Below are positions 9,799 to 20,038 of a stretch of DNA of 64,000 bases, piece after piece. The translations under genes and the position numbers were made by a program. Within the stretch, counting starts at the first letter, position 1. Each line of letters opens with the position of its first letter. Location: positions 4,544,001 through 4,608,000 of the forward strand of contig CBDCJH010000002.1 in NCBI GenBank assembly GCA_965217775.1, read 5' to 3'. The DNA is from Acidobacteriota bacterium (lineage in GTDB: Bacteria > Acidobacteriota > UBA6911 > RPQK01 > JAJDTT01). The notes beneath the pieces are model-generated. The model was not told where the DNA came from, did not search any database, and saw nothing but the letters and a program-made list of their open reading frames with translations.

Positions 9799-10785
9799 GT
9801 GACTCACCTGCTGGAAGTAAAACGACTGAGTGCCCGCTACTACACCCCCGGCGGCGTGGTTCGAGCCGTCGACTCCATCTCCTACACTCTGGACCAGGGG
9901 GAGACCCTGGGACTGGTGGGCGAGAGCGGCTGCGGCAAGAGCGCCAGCGCCCTCTGCCTGCTCAGACTCCTGCCCGACCCTCCCGGAAGGATCGTGGGAG
10001 GCGAGGTCCTCTTCGACGGACGGGACCTGCTGAAGCTCGGCGAGGAGGAGATGCGCAAGGTCCGCTGGTCCGAGATCGCCATGGTCTTTCAGGACCCGCT
10101 GGCTTCCCTCAACCCCGTCCTGACCATCGGCTTCCAGATCCGGGAGGTCTTGCGGTTGCACGAGGGGATGACCTACAAGCAGTCCCGGGACCGGGCCAGC
10201 GAGTTGCTGGGCCTGGTGGGGATCCCCGATCCGGAGCGGCGGCTGGACCAATACGCTCACGAGTTCTCCGGTGGAATGCGCCAGCGGGCCATGATCGCCA
10301 TGGCTCTGGCGTGCAATCCGCGACTCCTGATCGCGGACGAACCGACGACCGCGCTGGACGTGACCCTGCAGGCCCAGATCGTGGACCTGGTGAAAGAGTT
10401 GCAGCAGGAGCTGGGAATGGCGGTGATCTGGATCAGCCACGACCTGGGAGTGATCGCCCGGCTGGCCCGGCGGGTAATGGTCATGTACGCCGGCGCCATC
10501 GTGGAGGAGGCCGACGTCCGCGCCCTCTACGCAACTCCCCGGCACCCCTACACCCGAGGCCTCCTGCGAGCCACCCCCCACGCCGGAGCCGGGCGGGAGC
10601 GTCTGGTCACCATTCCGGGACAGCCCCCGGACCTGATCGAGGAGCTTCCAGGCTGTCCCTTCGCTCCACGGTGCGAGCACACGGTGGAGCGGTGCCGTCA
10701 GGAGGTCCCCGCGCTGGAGCCGGTGGGACCGGCTCATTCGGTGTCCTGTTGGGAGAAGGACCAACTCGCGGGAGGTGCCGGTTGA
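9799..10785 (+). CDS. oppD: peptide ABC transporter ATPase
   Basis: [33 protein letters not shown]-terminal GCPFAPRC. Confidence 0.93.
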   Translation: MTHLLEVKRLSARYYTPGGVVRAVDSISYTLDQGETLGLVGESGCGKSASALCLLRLLPDPPGRIVGGEVLFDGRDLLKLGEEEMRKVRWSEIAMVFQDPLASLNPVLTIGFQIREVLRLHEGMTYKQSRDRASELLGLVGIPDPERRLDQYAHEFSGGMRQRAMIAMALACNPRLLIADEPTTALDVTLQAQIVDLVKELQQELGMAVIWISHDLGVIARLARRVMVMYAGAIVEEADVRALYATPRHPYTRGLLRATPHAGAGRERLVTIPGQPPDLIEELPGCPFAPRCEHTVERCRQEVPALEPVGPAHSVSCWEKDQLAGGAG

Positions 10786-11768
10786 CTGTCGCGGACGCGC
10801 CGGAACTGGTGCGGGTGGAAGGACTCAAGCAGTACTATCCGGTGAACCGGGGCGTCCTGTTCCGGCGCCAGGTGGGAGCGGTGCGCGCCGTCGACGGGAT
10901 CTCTTTCCTCATTCGGAGGGGGGAGACGCTGGGGCTGGTGGGAGAGAGCGGTTGCGGCAAATCCAGCACCGGGCGTGCCATCCTGCAATTGCAGCGTCCC
11001 ACCGCAGGCCGGGTTTTCCTGGACGGCGTGGAGCTGACCGAGCTCAAAGGCCGGGACCTGAGGCGCATGCGCCGCCGGATGCAGATGATCTTCCAGGATC
11101 CGTACGCTTCCCTGAACCCCAGGATGACGGCGGGACGGATCCTGTCCGAACCCCTGGAGATCCATCACTTGGCCCGGGGGCGCCGACAGGAAAGGGTACG
11201 GGAACTCTTGGAGCTGGTGGGACTCAATCCCGGCTACGCCCACCGCTACCCACACGAGTTCTCCGGCGGCCAGCGCCAGAGGATCGGCATCGCCCGGGCC
11301 CTGGCCCTGCAACCCGATTTCATCATCTGCGACGAGCCGGTTTCAGCTCTGGACGTCTCGATTCAGGCACAGGTCATCAATCTCCTGGAGGATCTCCAGG
11401 AGCGGTTCGGCCTGACCTACCTGTTCATCGCCCACGACCTGAGCATGGTCCGGCACATCAGCGACCGGGTCGCGGTCATGTACCTGGGCCGGATCGTCGA
11501 GCTGGCCGACCGGGACGACCTCTACGAGGCTCCGCTGCACCCCTACACGCAGGCTCTGATCTCGGCGGTTCCCCTGCCCGATCCCGATCTCGAGTCCCGG
11601 CGCAGCAGAATCGTCTTGAAGGGAGATCCACCCGACCCGGCAGACCCGCCGGCCGGCTGCAACTTCTCCACCCGCTGTCCGGTTGCCATCGATCGATGCC
11701 ACCAGGAGGACCCCCCACTTCAGGAGGTTCGTCCGGGCCACTGGGCAGCCTGTCATTTGGTTGCATGA
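10782..11768 (+). CDS. oppF: peptide ABC transporter ATPase
   Basis: TTG start overlaps oppD stop; [48 protein letters not shown]. Confidence 0.93.
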   Translation: MTVADAPELVRVEGLKQYYPVNRGVLFRRQVGAVRAVDGISFLIRRGETLGLVGESGCGKSSTGRAILQLQRPTAGRVFLDGVELTELKGRDLRRMRRRMQMIFQDPYASLNPRMTAGRILSEPLEIHHLARGRRQERVRELLELVGLNPGYAHRYPHEFSGGQRQRIGIARALALQPDFIICDEPVSALDVSIQAQVINLLEDLQERFGLTYLFIAHDLSMVRHISDRVAVMYLGRIVELADRDDLYEAPLHPYTQALISAVPLPDPDLESRRSRIVLKGDPPDPADPPAGCNFSTRCPVAIDRCHQEDPPLQEVRPGHWAACHLVA

Positions 11769-11793
11769 ACGTTCCATGAGGGAGACAAACGTC

Positions 11794-12399
11794 ATGAAGA
11801 AACCGATTGGTCTTGCAATTGTTCTGCTTTCGGCCTCCGTTTCCGCACTCGGGGAGACCCAAAAGTCACAGGCGGAGACGGATGCCATCGCCAGCATCCA
11901 GGAAAAAGGGGGGCTGGTGCTGGAAGTCGCCCAGAATGACCCCAGCCTCGACGTCGCCTTCCATCTGGCCTCGAAACCGGCAGCGGACGGAGATCTGGAG
12001 CCCCTGGAGCAGCTCACGAACGTGATCAACCTGAACCTTCGCAAAACGGCCGTCACCGATGCCGGCCTGGCCCACTTGAAGGGACTCAAGACCCTCCAGC
12101 GCCTCCACTTGGAAAAGACCGCCATCACCGACGCCGGCCTGGAACAGCTCAAGGACCTGACCAGCCTGGTCTACCTGAACCTGTACGAGACGGGGGTCAG
12201 TGACGCGGGCCTCCAGCACCTGAAGGGCCTCTCCAAACTCCGGAAGCTGTTCGTCTGGAAGACCGAGGTGACCCAGGCGGGGGTGGACGGCTTGCGCAAG
12301 TCACTGCCCGAGCTGGAAGTGGTCCTGGGCCAGGAGCTGGCTCCCGATCCTCCCGAGAAGAAGACCGACAAGGAAGAAGAAGAGAAGAAGGCGGACTGA
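11794..12399 (+). CDS. exported leucine-rich-repeat protein
   Basis: Signal peptide MKKPIGLAIVLL; repeated LxxLxLxxTxxTDAGLxxLKxL 24-aa units. Confidence 0.85.
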   Translation: MKKPIGLAIVLLSASVSALGETQKSQAETDAIASIQEKGGLVLEVAQNDPSLDVAFHLASKPAADGDLEPLEQLTNVINLNLRKTAVTDAGLAHLKGLKTLQRLHLEKTAITDAGLEQLKDLTSLVYLNLYETGVSDAGLQHLKGLSKLRKLFVWKTEVTQAGVDGLRKSLPELEVVLGQELAPDPPEKKTDKEEEEKKAD

Positions 12400-12408
12400 A
12401 CTCGTGGA

Positions 12409-13173
12409 TCAGACGCAGCCGGGATACTCCCGGCCCCTCAGCAGCCGATAGTTCGGTGCGGGCGTCGACGGGTTCGTCCACTTGGAGCGGGCGGTCATGT
12501 AGTGCACGGCGAAACCGCGTCTGGAGTGATGCGTCCGGTTGGGCCGCGAGCTGTGCAGCAGCAGGCTGTGATGGAATGAGCAACTCCCGGCCGGCATCAC
12601 CATGGGCACCTCGGCCTCCAGGTCCATGGCGCTCGCCGGAACCTGCTTGTCGATGCGGTCTCCGATCTGCCAGGGCTCGCCATGGTCCACGACTCCCCCG
12701 AGGTGGCTGCCCGGAATCACCCACATGCTCCCGTTGGCCACGGTGACGTCATCCAGCGCCGACCAGCAGGTGACCAGCGCCATGGGCTCGATGAAAAAAT
12801 AGGCCGAATCCTGGTGGTAGGGCTTCTCGACGCCACCGGGCGGCTTCATGAAGAGCTGGCTCTCGAAGAGCTTCACGTCGGAACCGATCAGGTCCTCCAC
12901 CATATCCAGAATGGTGTCGTTCCTGGCGTGCCTCAGAAAGACGGGATCGTTCTCGGCGCAATGGTCCAGCTTGCGAATCGTCTCGACGGAACGGCGGCCG
13001 TTGGCGGTGGGTTCCAACTCCAGGTTCCCCTCGGGAAAAGGGACTCGTCCCTTGGCGATGTCCGCCGTTCGCTGTTTCAGCCGCTCCACCTGGTCCGGGG
13101 GGACGACGTTTTCCACGATCAGGTAGCCCTGGGTTCGGTAATGATCGATCTGGGCTTGGGTCAGTTTCTTCAT
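12409..13173 (-). CDS. phytanoyl-CoA dioxygenase (PhyH) family Fe(II)/2OG oxygenase
   Basis: LFMKPPG, PYHQD (HxD), W.ALDD..NG...PGSH, FHHSLLLHSSRPN. Confidence 0.9.
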   Translation of the reverse strand: MKKLTQAQIDHYRTQGYLIVENVVPPDQVERLKQRTADIAKGRVPFPEGNLELEPTANGRRSVETIRKLDHCAENDPVFLRHARNDTILDMVEDLIGSDVKLFESQLFMKPPGGVEKPYHQDSAYFFIEPMALVTCWSALDDVTVANGSMWVIPGSHLGGVVDHGEPWQIGDRIDKQVPASAMDLEAEVPMVMPAGSCSFHHSLLLHSSRPNRTHHSRRGFAVHYMTARSKWTNPSTPAPNYRLLRGREYPGCV

Positions 13174-13212
13174 GGCCAAGAAATTATAGCAATGGAGAGG
13201 AAAGAGGAACAA

Positions 13213-14067
13213 TCACATAAAGCGGTAGCCGTGGACTACGGAGACGACGATGGAGAGGATCGTGAGGACGATGCAGACGGCAGCGGCGGCCAAGTGGTTC
13301 AGCCGCTCGGGTTGCATGGGGTCCAGCCAGCGGGCCAACAGATAGCCCCCCAGAAATCCACCCGCATGAGCCCAGTTGTCGACTGCCGGGAAGATGAACC
13401 CGAAGATCCCCAGGACAATGGCGTACACTCGGGCCTGCCGGCTGACGTGACTGCCGATGCCGCGGCGGCCGGAGTAGACCAGCGCTCCCAGGAGACCGAA
13501 TATGGGTGCGGAGGCGCCAACGGAGAACATGGCTCCCTTGAGTGGACCGGGCAGGAAGGGAAGATACATGCCGGTCAAGGTGCTCAAGCCGAACCCGGCC
13601 GCGGTGGCTACGGTGTAGATGAGGACCATGCGGCCGGCTCCGTAGATCTCCGCGGTGACCGGCGCCAACTGGCGAACCCACATCAGGTTGAACCCGATGT
13701 GGAGCAGGCCGCCGTGGAGCCAACCGGCGCTGAGCAGGGTCCACCAGCGATCGTATTGGAACACGGGAACGGCGCCGCTGGCTCCGAACAGGAACAGGCC
13801 GGCCTGGCTGGGAGACAACAGGGAGAACATTCCTCTGCTCCCGGTCCCCGAGGAGCCCACGATCAGGGTGGCAATGTACAAGAAGATGCAACCCACCATC
13901 ACCAGGCGGAGAAAACCCAGATCGTCGCCCAGGATCCGCACCAGGGGAGCGAATCCCCAGAGACCCGGGTTCTTGCAGCCGCATTCATAGCATTCGGAGT
14001 CGTTGACTCCCACCAACCGGCCGCAGGAGCGGCACACCACCGAGCCGGTCCGCTGTCGTCTCAACAA
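13213..14067 (-). CDS. rhomboid intramembrane serine protease with N-terminal Zn-ribbon-like CxxC/CxxC
   Basis: WLHGGLLHIGFN, GASAPIFG, DNWAHAGG; CRSC...CYEC. Confidence 0.9.
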   Translation of the reverse strand: MLRRQRTGSVVCRSCGRLVGVNDSECYECGCKNPGLWGFAPLVRILGDDLGFLRLVMVGCIFLYIATLIVGSSGTGSRGMFSLLSPSQAGLFLFGASGAVPVFQYDRWWTLLSAGWLHGGLLHIGFNLMWVRQLAPVTAEIYGAGRMVLIYTVATAAGFGLSTLTGMYLPFLPGPLKGAMFSVGASAPIFGLLGALVYSGRRGIGSHVSRQARVYAIVLGIFGFIFPAVDNWAHAGGFLGGYLLARWLDPMQPERLNHLAAAAVCIVLTILSIVVSVVHGYRFM

Positions 14068-14164
14068 GATCTTCTTTCCTCTCCGGACCTCTAGCGGGAG
14101 GTTCCGTGCCTAGTGTACCAGCAAGAGGGCACCCACCAAGAGGGCACCCACACAAGGGGTGCCC

Positions 14165-15244
14165 CTACGGCCGGAGAGCGACTTGGAATCGGTCCGGATC
14201 GAAGGAATCGGAATGCGCCCGGTTCAGGAATTTCCCGGCGGCGCGGCGGCCGACCTCCCAGCTCACTCCCATTCCGTGTCCGCCCAGGGCGGCGACCCAG
14301 AAGAAATTCTCCAGAGTGGGGTCCCAGCCGATGACGAAGGAGGTGTCGGTGGCCTTGGTTCGAAAGCAGGACCAGACTCGTTCCTGAACGGCGTCCCTGA
14401 GGTGAGGCAGCTTGGACCAGCAGAGCCGGGCCAGCTCCTCGGTCATGTCCGCATCCACGGTGGGTTCCAGGCTCTCGGTCTCGCCCTCGTCACAGGCGCT
14501 GATGAGGAGTCCGTTGGATTCGGGTCTGAAATAGAAATTGTCCGCCAGATTCCAGACGATGGGCCAATGGGGATTCACTCCGGGGACTCGGCCCAGGACG
14601 AAGAGGTGGCGCTTCAACGGTCGCATGGGGACCCGCGAGGCGCCGGCGAGGCGGCTGACCCGGGGCGCCCAGGCACCGGCGGCGTTGACCAGGCGGTGGG
14701 CCGTGATTTCGCCCTGTGTGGTATCGAGCCGGAACGGACCCGTCCCCCGGCAACCTCGCAGACGGCAGTCGAAGAGAAAGGAGACACCCCGTTCCCGGCT
14801 CCCGGTGAGATAGAGCTGGAGCAGAGCGGAAATGTCCATGATGCCGTCGGCGGGAGTCCAGAGGGCGGCGCCGAAGTCGTGGCGGTCCAGCAACGGGACT
14901 CTCCGGCGGGCTTCCCGCGGATTCAAGAGATACGATTCGATCCGGTCCGGTTCCCGCATGGCCTCCAACCGGTCCGCCGATGCCAGAAGTAACGACCCGA
15001 CCTGACGAAAGCCCAGTTCCGGCCGGTACCGGTCGTAGGCCCGGCGACTGGCGGCGGCGGCCCGGCGGATGTCCTCCCGCTCCTCGTGCTGGCGCACCAT
15101 GGCGGCATTCCGTCCGGAGGCGTGGAATCCGGGCACCGATTCCTGATCGATCACCAAGATCGAGCCCGAGTAGGAACGGCTCAGGTGAAACGCGGTGGAC
15201 GCGCCGGCAAAACCCGCGCCCACGATGAGGACGTCGACCTTCAT
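14165..15244 (-). CDS. FAD-dependent oxidoreductase (DAO/DadA family)
   Basis: IVGAGFAG, ASGRNAA, VNAAGAW, YFRPE, GGHG. Confidence 0.88.
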   Translation of the reverse strand: MKVDVLIVGAGFAGASTAFHLSRSYSGSILVIDQESVPGFHASGRNAAMVRQHEEREDIRRAAAASRRAYDRYRPELGFRQVGSLLLASADRLEAMREPDRIESYLLNPREARRRVPLLDRHDFGAALWTPADGIMDISALLQLYLTGSRERGVSFLFDCRLRGCRGTGPFRLDTTQGEITAHRLVNAAGAWAPRVSRLAGASRVPMRPLKRHLFVLGRVPGVNPHWPIVWNLADNFYFRPESNGLLISACDEGETESLEPTVDADMTEELARLCWSKLPHLRDAVQERVWSCFRTKATDTSFVIGWDPTLENFFWVAALGGHGMGVSWEVGRRAAGKFLNRAHSDSFDPDRFQVALRP

Positions 15245-15283
15245 CCAGGAAACCGTATCGGTTCCGGCGGGGGGAATTCAACA

Positions 15284-15412
15284 GGAGCGGCGATTTCCAA
15301 CCGCCGGAATGGAGCGGCGGTTTCCAACCGCCGAACTCCGGAGTGACAATTTGGCGCGGAAGAATGGGCGACTGGAAATCGCCCCTCCGGGCGACAGGGA
15401 TGTCGCCCCTCC
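15284..15412. repeat. cluster of 4 GGAG-type REP-like hairpins
   Basis: GGAGCGGCG(A/G)TTTCCAACCGCCG x2, GGGCGACTGGAAATCGCCCCTCC, GGGCGACAGGGATGTCGCCCCTCC. Confidence 0.8.
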
Positions 15413-15423
15413 CAATTTCTTTC

Positions 15424-15453
15424 TTGACAACTCCGATCGGAATACTAGATAAT
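15424..15453 (+). promoter_or_regulatory. putative sigma70 promoter of cysH-sat/cysC
   Basis: TTGACA-N18-GATAAT upstream of the cysH start. Confidence 0.55.
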
Positions 15454-15479
15454 GCGCCGCGTCGTCGGAAGAAACGGTC

Positions 15480-16208
15480 ATGGAGACACAAATTCGACCC
15501 AATGTCATGCCCTTGCCGGCTCCGGCTGAAATGATGTCGGCCGAGGAACTGGTGGCTTGGGCGTTGGATCAGTGGCACCCCCGGATCGCCGTTTGCACCA
15601 GTTTTCAGGCCGAGGGAATGGTGATCCTGGATCTCTGCTGGCGCTACCGCAAAGACATCCGGGTCATGACCATCGACACGGGACGGCTCCCGGCCGAAAC
15701 CTACGAAATGATGGATCGCGTCCGGGACCACTATGGAATCCGGCCCGAGGTCTTCTTTCCTCACACCGAAAGCGTGGAGACCATGGTGGGAGAGTCCGGG
15801 ATGAACCTCTTCTACCGATCCCGGGAAGAGCGGAAGCGTTGCTGCCAGGTACGAAAGGTAGAACCGTTGACACGGATGCTACAACCTCTCGATGCCTGGA
15901 TGGTCGGCTTGAGGAGAGGTCAGTCTTCGAGCCGCGCGGGCGTCTGCAAGCTGGAGACCGACTGGGAGCACGGCTCCAAGATCAAGCTGAGTCCGCTGGC
16001 GGATTGGACCCACGATCAGGTCTGGAGCTATATTCGGCGGAACCGGGTTCCGCATCATCCCTTGTATGACCAGGGTTACGAAAGCATCGGCTGTGCCCCC
16101 TGCAGTCGTGCTCTTCGTCCCGGCGAGCACCCACGCGCCGGACGCTGGTGGTGGGAACAGGGAAGCGCCCGGGAATGCGGGATCCACTGTTTTCAGAAAC
16201 CCGACTGA
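15480..16208 (+). CDS. cysH: adenylylsulfate/phosphoadenylylsulfate reductase (Fe-S, APS-type motifs)
   Basis: IDTGRL, RCCQVRKVEPL (CC), YESIGCAPC (CxxC), RAGRWWWE, ECGIH. Confidence 0.92.
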   Translation: METQIRPNVMPLPAPAEMMSAEELVAWALDQWHPRIAVCTSFQAEGMVILDLCWRYRKDIRVMTIDTGRLPAETYEMMDRVRDHYGIRPEVFFPHTESVETMVGESGMNLFYRSREERKRCCQVRKVEPLTRMLQPLDAWMVGLRRGQSSSRAGVCKLETDWEHGSKIKLSPLADWTHDQVWSYIRRNRVPHHPLYDQGYESIGCAPCSRALRPGEHPRAGRWWWEQGSARECGIHCFQKPD

Positions 16209-16236
16209 TCGCTGAACCTCCGTTCGGAAACCCTTC

Positions 16237-17994
16237 ATGAGCATCATGCCGCCCTCCCAGGCGCGGGCGCACGGCTCCAGCCCGAAGACCGGACTGATCT
16301 CTCCCTGGGGAGATCGACTCGTGGATCTTCCGGCCAGTCCTGAGGAGTCGGAAGAACTCAGGGCTCGGGCTTCCTATCTCCCTTCCCTTCAGTTGTCCCG
16401 GCGGAGTGCGCTGGACCTGGAGCTCATGGCGTCCGGGGCCTTCTCCCCTCTGACCCGTTTCATGAGCCGCGCCGACCACGAGCGGGTGGTGGGTGAGATG
16501 CGGCTGACGGCGGGCGCCCTCTTTCCCGTTCCCGTCGTACTTCCCGCCGCCTCACCGAAGTTTCGGCTGGATACCGAGATCGCCCTCCGGGACTCCAGGA
16601 ACGACTTGCTGGCGATCATGACGGTGGAGGAGATCTACGAGTGGGACGTCCGGGAGACGGCGAAGGGAGTGCTCGGCACTCTGGACATGCGGCACCCTCT
16701 GGTCGCCGAAATGCATGGCTGGGGCGAAGTCAACCTGTCAGGACGGCTCAAGGTGCTGCCTCCTCCCCGCCGGCCCGACTTTGCCGAGTTGCGACTGACC
16801 CCGAGTCAGACGCGTGCCCGTCTGCTGGAGATGAATTTTTCCGACGTGGTCGCCTTTCAGACCCGGAATCCTCTGCACCGGGCTCATGAGGAGCTGACTC
16901 GCCGGGCCATGGACGAGACCGGGGGGGCCTTGCTGCTGCATCCCGTCGTGGGCATGACCCGCCCCGGCGACGTGGACCACTACACGCGGGTCCGGACCTA
17001 CAGGGTGCTGGCCCGGAACTACTACGACTCCAGCCGGGTGCTCTTGAGTCTTCTCCCCCTGGCCATGAGGATGGCCGGTCCCCGCGAGGCGCTCTGGCAC
17101 GCCCTGATTCGAAGAAACTATGGAGCCAACGCCCTGATCGTCGGCCGGGACCACGCCAGTCCGGGAACCGGACGAGGCGGCCTTCCTTTTTACGAGCCTT
17201 ACGAAGCGCAGGAACTGGTGCGGCGTTTCAGCGGTGAGACGGGAGTGAAGATGATTCCCTTCCGGCAACTGGTCTATCTGCCGGACGAGGACCGGTACGA
17301 AGAGGTCGGCCGCGGGCACCCCGCGACTCGGACCGCGTCCATCTCGGGGTCCCAGGTTCGGGACGACTATCTGCGGAAGGGCCGGGACCTTCCCCACTGG
17401 TTCACTCGGCCCGAGGTGGCGGACATCCTGGCCGAGGCCTTTCCGCCGCGCCATCGCCAGGGCGTCTGTATCTGGCTCACCGGATTCAGCGGGTCCGGGA
17501 AGTCGACGACAGCCCAGGTCCTCACGGTTCTGCTCCAGGAACAGGGCAGGAGGGTGACGGTTCTGGACGGCGACGTGGTCCGGACCCATCTCTCCAAAGG
17601 GTTGGGCTTCAGCAAAGAGGACCGGGACACCAACATTCTCCGTATCGGCTTCGTGGCAGCTCAGATCGTCCGGCATGGAGGCACGGTGATCTGCGCCGCG
17701 GTGAGTCCGTACCGGGAAACCCGAAATCAGGTCCGGTCCATGGTGGGAAGCGGCCATTTCGTGGAAGTTTTCGTGGACACTCCCCTCGAGGTCTGCGAGG
17801 AGCGGGACACCAAGGGCATGTACGCCAAGGCCCGGCGCGGAGAAATTCGCGGGTTCACCGGAGTCGACGACCCCTACGAATCTCCCAGGGACCCTGAAAT
17901 CATCCTGGACACGGTGCGGCATTCTCCCCAGGAAAACGCTGAGGGAATAGTGGACCACCTGTTGCGGCGGGGCTTCGTCCGAACGGCGGAGTGA
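16237..17994 (+). CDS. sat-cysC: bifunctional sulfate adenylyltransferase / adenylylsulfate kinase
   Basis: AFQTRNPLHRAH, MRMAGPREA, VGRDHA; C-terminal WLTGFSGSGKST, LDGDVVR, FTGVDDPYE. Confidence 0.93.
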   Translation: MSIMPPSQARAHGSSPKTGLISPWGDRLVDLPASPEESEELRARASYLPSLQLSRRSALDLELMASGAFSPLTRFMSRADHERVVGEMRLTAGALFPVPVVLPAASPKFRLDTEIALRDSRNDLLAIMTVEEIYEWDVRETAKGVLGTLDMRHPLVAEMHGWGEVNLSGRLKVLPPPRRPDFAELRLTPSQTRARLLEMNFSDVVAFQTRNPLHRAHEELTRRAMDETGGALLLHPVVGMTRPGDVDHYTRVRTYRVLARNYYDSSRVLLSLLPLAMRMAGPREALWHALIRRNYGANALIVGRDHASPGTGRGGLPFYEPYEAQELVRRFSGETGVKMIPFRQLVYLPDEDRYEEVGRGHPATRTASISGSQVRDDYLRKGRDLPHWFTRPEVADILAEAFPPRHRQGVCIWLTGFSGSGKSTTAQVLTVLLQEQGRRVTVLDGDVVRTHLSKGLGFSKEDRDTNILRIGFVAAQIVRHGGTVICAAVSPYRETRNQVRSMVGSGHFVEVFVDTPLEVCEERDTKGMYAKARRGEIRGFTGVDDPYESPRDPEIILDTVRHSPQENAEGIVDHLLRRGFVRTAE

Positions 17995-18175
17995 GACCGC
18001 GGCAAGAATCGTCGGGGCATGACCCCGAGAAGTCTATACTTGCCGACATCGAGGTGAGCGAGGACTTCGCCGGTGAGTTGCTGCATGCTCCGGGTGTTCC
18101 CGACCAGCACGAGCCGACCTTCGACTACACCGCCATCCAGTTCAACGCGCAGCCATAGCTGGATCGTGCGGGGGC

Positions 18176-18493
18176 TTGGCCATGAGTTTGGACGATCGAG
18201 AATATGACACCTACGCCCCCGTCCGGATCAGTTGGTTCAACGACAGGATCGAGATTCAAAGTCCCGGCGGACCCTTCGGGATCGTGACCCCCGGCAATTT
18301 CGGGAGGGCTGGGGTCACGGATTACCGAAATCCGAATCTGGCGGACGCAATGAAGGTTCTTGGTTTCGTTCAACGTTTCGGCGTCGGTATCGCCATCGCT
18401 CGAAGAGCGCTACGCGATGAAGGGCACGCCGACCCGGAATTTCTGGTCAATGAAATGTTCGTGACGGCGATCATCAGGGGCAAGCAGAGTTGA
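18176..18493 (+). pseudogene. 3' fragment of a HATPase_c_4 (RecG-C-like/AlbA-associated) protein
   Basis: DRIEIQSPGGPFG, DYRNPNLADAMKVLGFVQRFGVGI; N-terminal domains absent; stop overlaps the parA-like start. Confidence 0.7.
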
Positions 18494-19506
18494 CTGCTCC
18501 GGTTCTGACTTTTTTCAACATCAAGGGAGGGATGGGAAAGACGTCGCTCGCCTACCACCTGGCCTGGATGCTTTCCGAAATCGGCCGTCCCGTACTGGTT
18601 TGCGATCTGGATCCGCAAGCCAATTTGACCGCTGCGTTTCTGGACGAAGATCGTCTGGACCGCTTATGGAACAGCAACACGGAGACCGATCGCGGTGCGA
18701 CGATCTTCCAATGCGTCAAGCCGTTGCCGAAGGTAGGCGATCTTTTGTCGCCCCGGCTTCATAAGGTCGCCGAGGGTCTCAGTCTGCTGCCGGGCGATCT
18801 GGCTCTGGCCGGCTTCGAACGTACACTTTCCGAGCAATGGCCAAATGCCCTCGGCTCCGAAATGCTCTACCGACCGTTTCGCATCCTCACGGCCTTCTGG
18901 TCCGTCATGAAAGCCGGTACGGATGAGTGCGGTGCAAACGTCATTCTGGTCGATGTCGGCCCCAATTTGGGCGCCATCAACCGCTCCGATCTTATTTCCA
19001 CCGACAAAATCATGGTCCCGCTTGGCGCCGATCTATTCTCCCTGCAGGCCTTGCGGAATCTTGGTCCGACATTGAGCCGCTGGCGTCGTGAATGGGGGAA
19101 ACGACTTGAAAGCTGGTCAGCTCCAAGTTTTCCCCTTCCCAAAGGAAAAATGGAAACGTTGGGCTATACCGTCCAACAGCATGGAATTCGTCTGACCCGT
19201 CCGGTCAAGGCGTATGACAAATGGGTCAACAGGATGCCGGAGGAATACGCCAGAACGATGCTGGACCGGAAATCAGGACCGTTTCCGGAAACGCCGGCCG
19301 AGGACGAAAACTGCCTGGCCACCGTCAAGCACTACCGCAGCCTGGTGCCGATGGCGCAAGAACACCGCAAGCCGATCTTTCACCTGACCGCGGCCGAGGG
19401 CGCCATCGGCGGTCATATGAGCGCCGTTTTGGACGCGGCCCGTGACTTCAGGCAACTGGCCCGACGTATCGCCAAGAGGGCGAATCTCCAAAACTCCGAG
19501 AGCTGA
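18490..19506 (+). CDS. ParA/MinD-family ATPase (island type, no parB)
   Basis: FFNIKGGMGKTSL, DLDPQANLT, ILVDVGPNLGAINRS, PLGADLFS. Confidence 0.85.
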   Translation: MTAPVLTFFNIKGGMGKTSLAYHLAWMLSEIGRPVLVCDLDPQANLTAAFLDEDRLDRLWNSNTETDRGATIFQCVKPLPKVGDLLSPRLHKVAEGLSLLPGDLALAGFERTLSEQWPNALGSEMLYRPFRILTAFWSVMKAGTDECGANVILVDVGPNLGAINRSDLISTDKIMVPLGADLFSLQALRNLGPTLSRWRREWGKRLESWSAPSFPLPKGKMETLGYTVQQHGIRLTRPVKAYDKWVNRMPEEYARTMLDRKSGPFPETPAEDENCLATVKHYRSLVPMAQEHRKPIFHLTAAEGAIGGHMSAVLDAARDFRQLARRIAKRANLQNSES

Positions 19507-19570
19507 ATTGGAGACTCGCTACATGGTCTCAGCATCGCGGCGGTTTTCCGTCCCGACGTGCCACACTCAT

Positions 19571-19780
19571 TTACCTGGGCGGACCCCGCAGGAAGCTCAC
19601 CTGGTGGAAATCCGAGTCCTTCGAGACAATGGTGAGACCGTGGTCCCGGGCGCAACCCCAGATCACGGCGTCGTTCGCTCGGGCCAGTCCGACATCTCGA
19701 ACGTGGACGGACCCCGGATACACATCCGATAGGCCAGCCACGAGACGCGGAGAGACGTTCTGGTCGAAGAAGAGCTTCAC
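19571..19780 (-). pseudogene. DUF5615 PIN-like toxin, C-terminally truncated
   Basis: MKLFFDQNVSPRL...IVSKDSDF; stops after 69 aa at the expected PPKV motif, followed by degraded sequence. Confidence 0.75.
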
Positions 19781-19996
19781 CGGGGCGGTATCGAAACGAG
19801 CCTGCGCTCACGTTTCGCGGCAAACGTCAGCGCTGCCCAGATGTCTTCGCGCTCCAAGTCCGGAAAATCCGCCAGGATTTCCGCTTCTGTCATCCCGGAG
19901 GCCAAGTACTTGAGGATATCGTACACCGTGATCCGGAGCCCGCGAATGCACGGCTTCCCCCCCCCGCTTGTCCGGTTCCAGGGTGATGCGATCCAT
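19777..19996 (-). pseudogene. DUF433 antitoxin, frameshifted in a G9 tract
   Basis: Removing one G from 19957-19965 gives MDRITLEPDKRGGKPCIRGLRITVYDILKYLASGMTEAEILADFPDLEREDIWAALTFAA...; stop overlaps the toxin GTG (GTGA). Confidence 0.85.
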
Positions 19997-20038
19997 GCGT
20001 CAAAATACTCTCAGACCGGACCAAGGGTCAAATCTCCG

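Noticed and set aside
9524-10781. ORF-track extensions of oppA (to 9745) and oppF (from 9708)
   Set aside because: They derive from the MITE and from an alternative frame of oppD; the signal peptide and TTG overlap define better starts.
18000-18158. Short open frame ending ...HEPTFDYTAIQFNAQP*
   Set aside because: Possibly a gene remnant, but there is no clear start and no family I can recognise.
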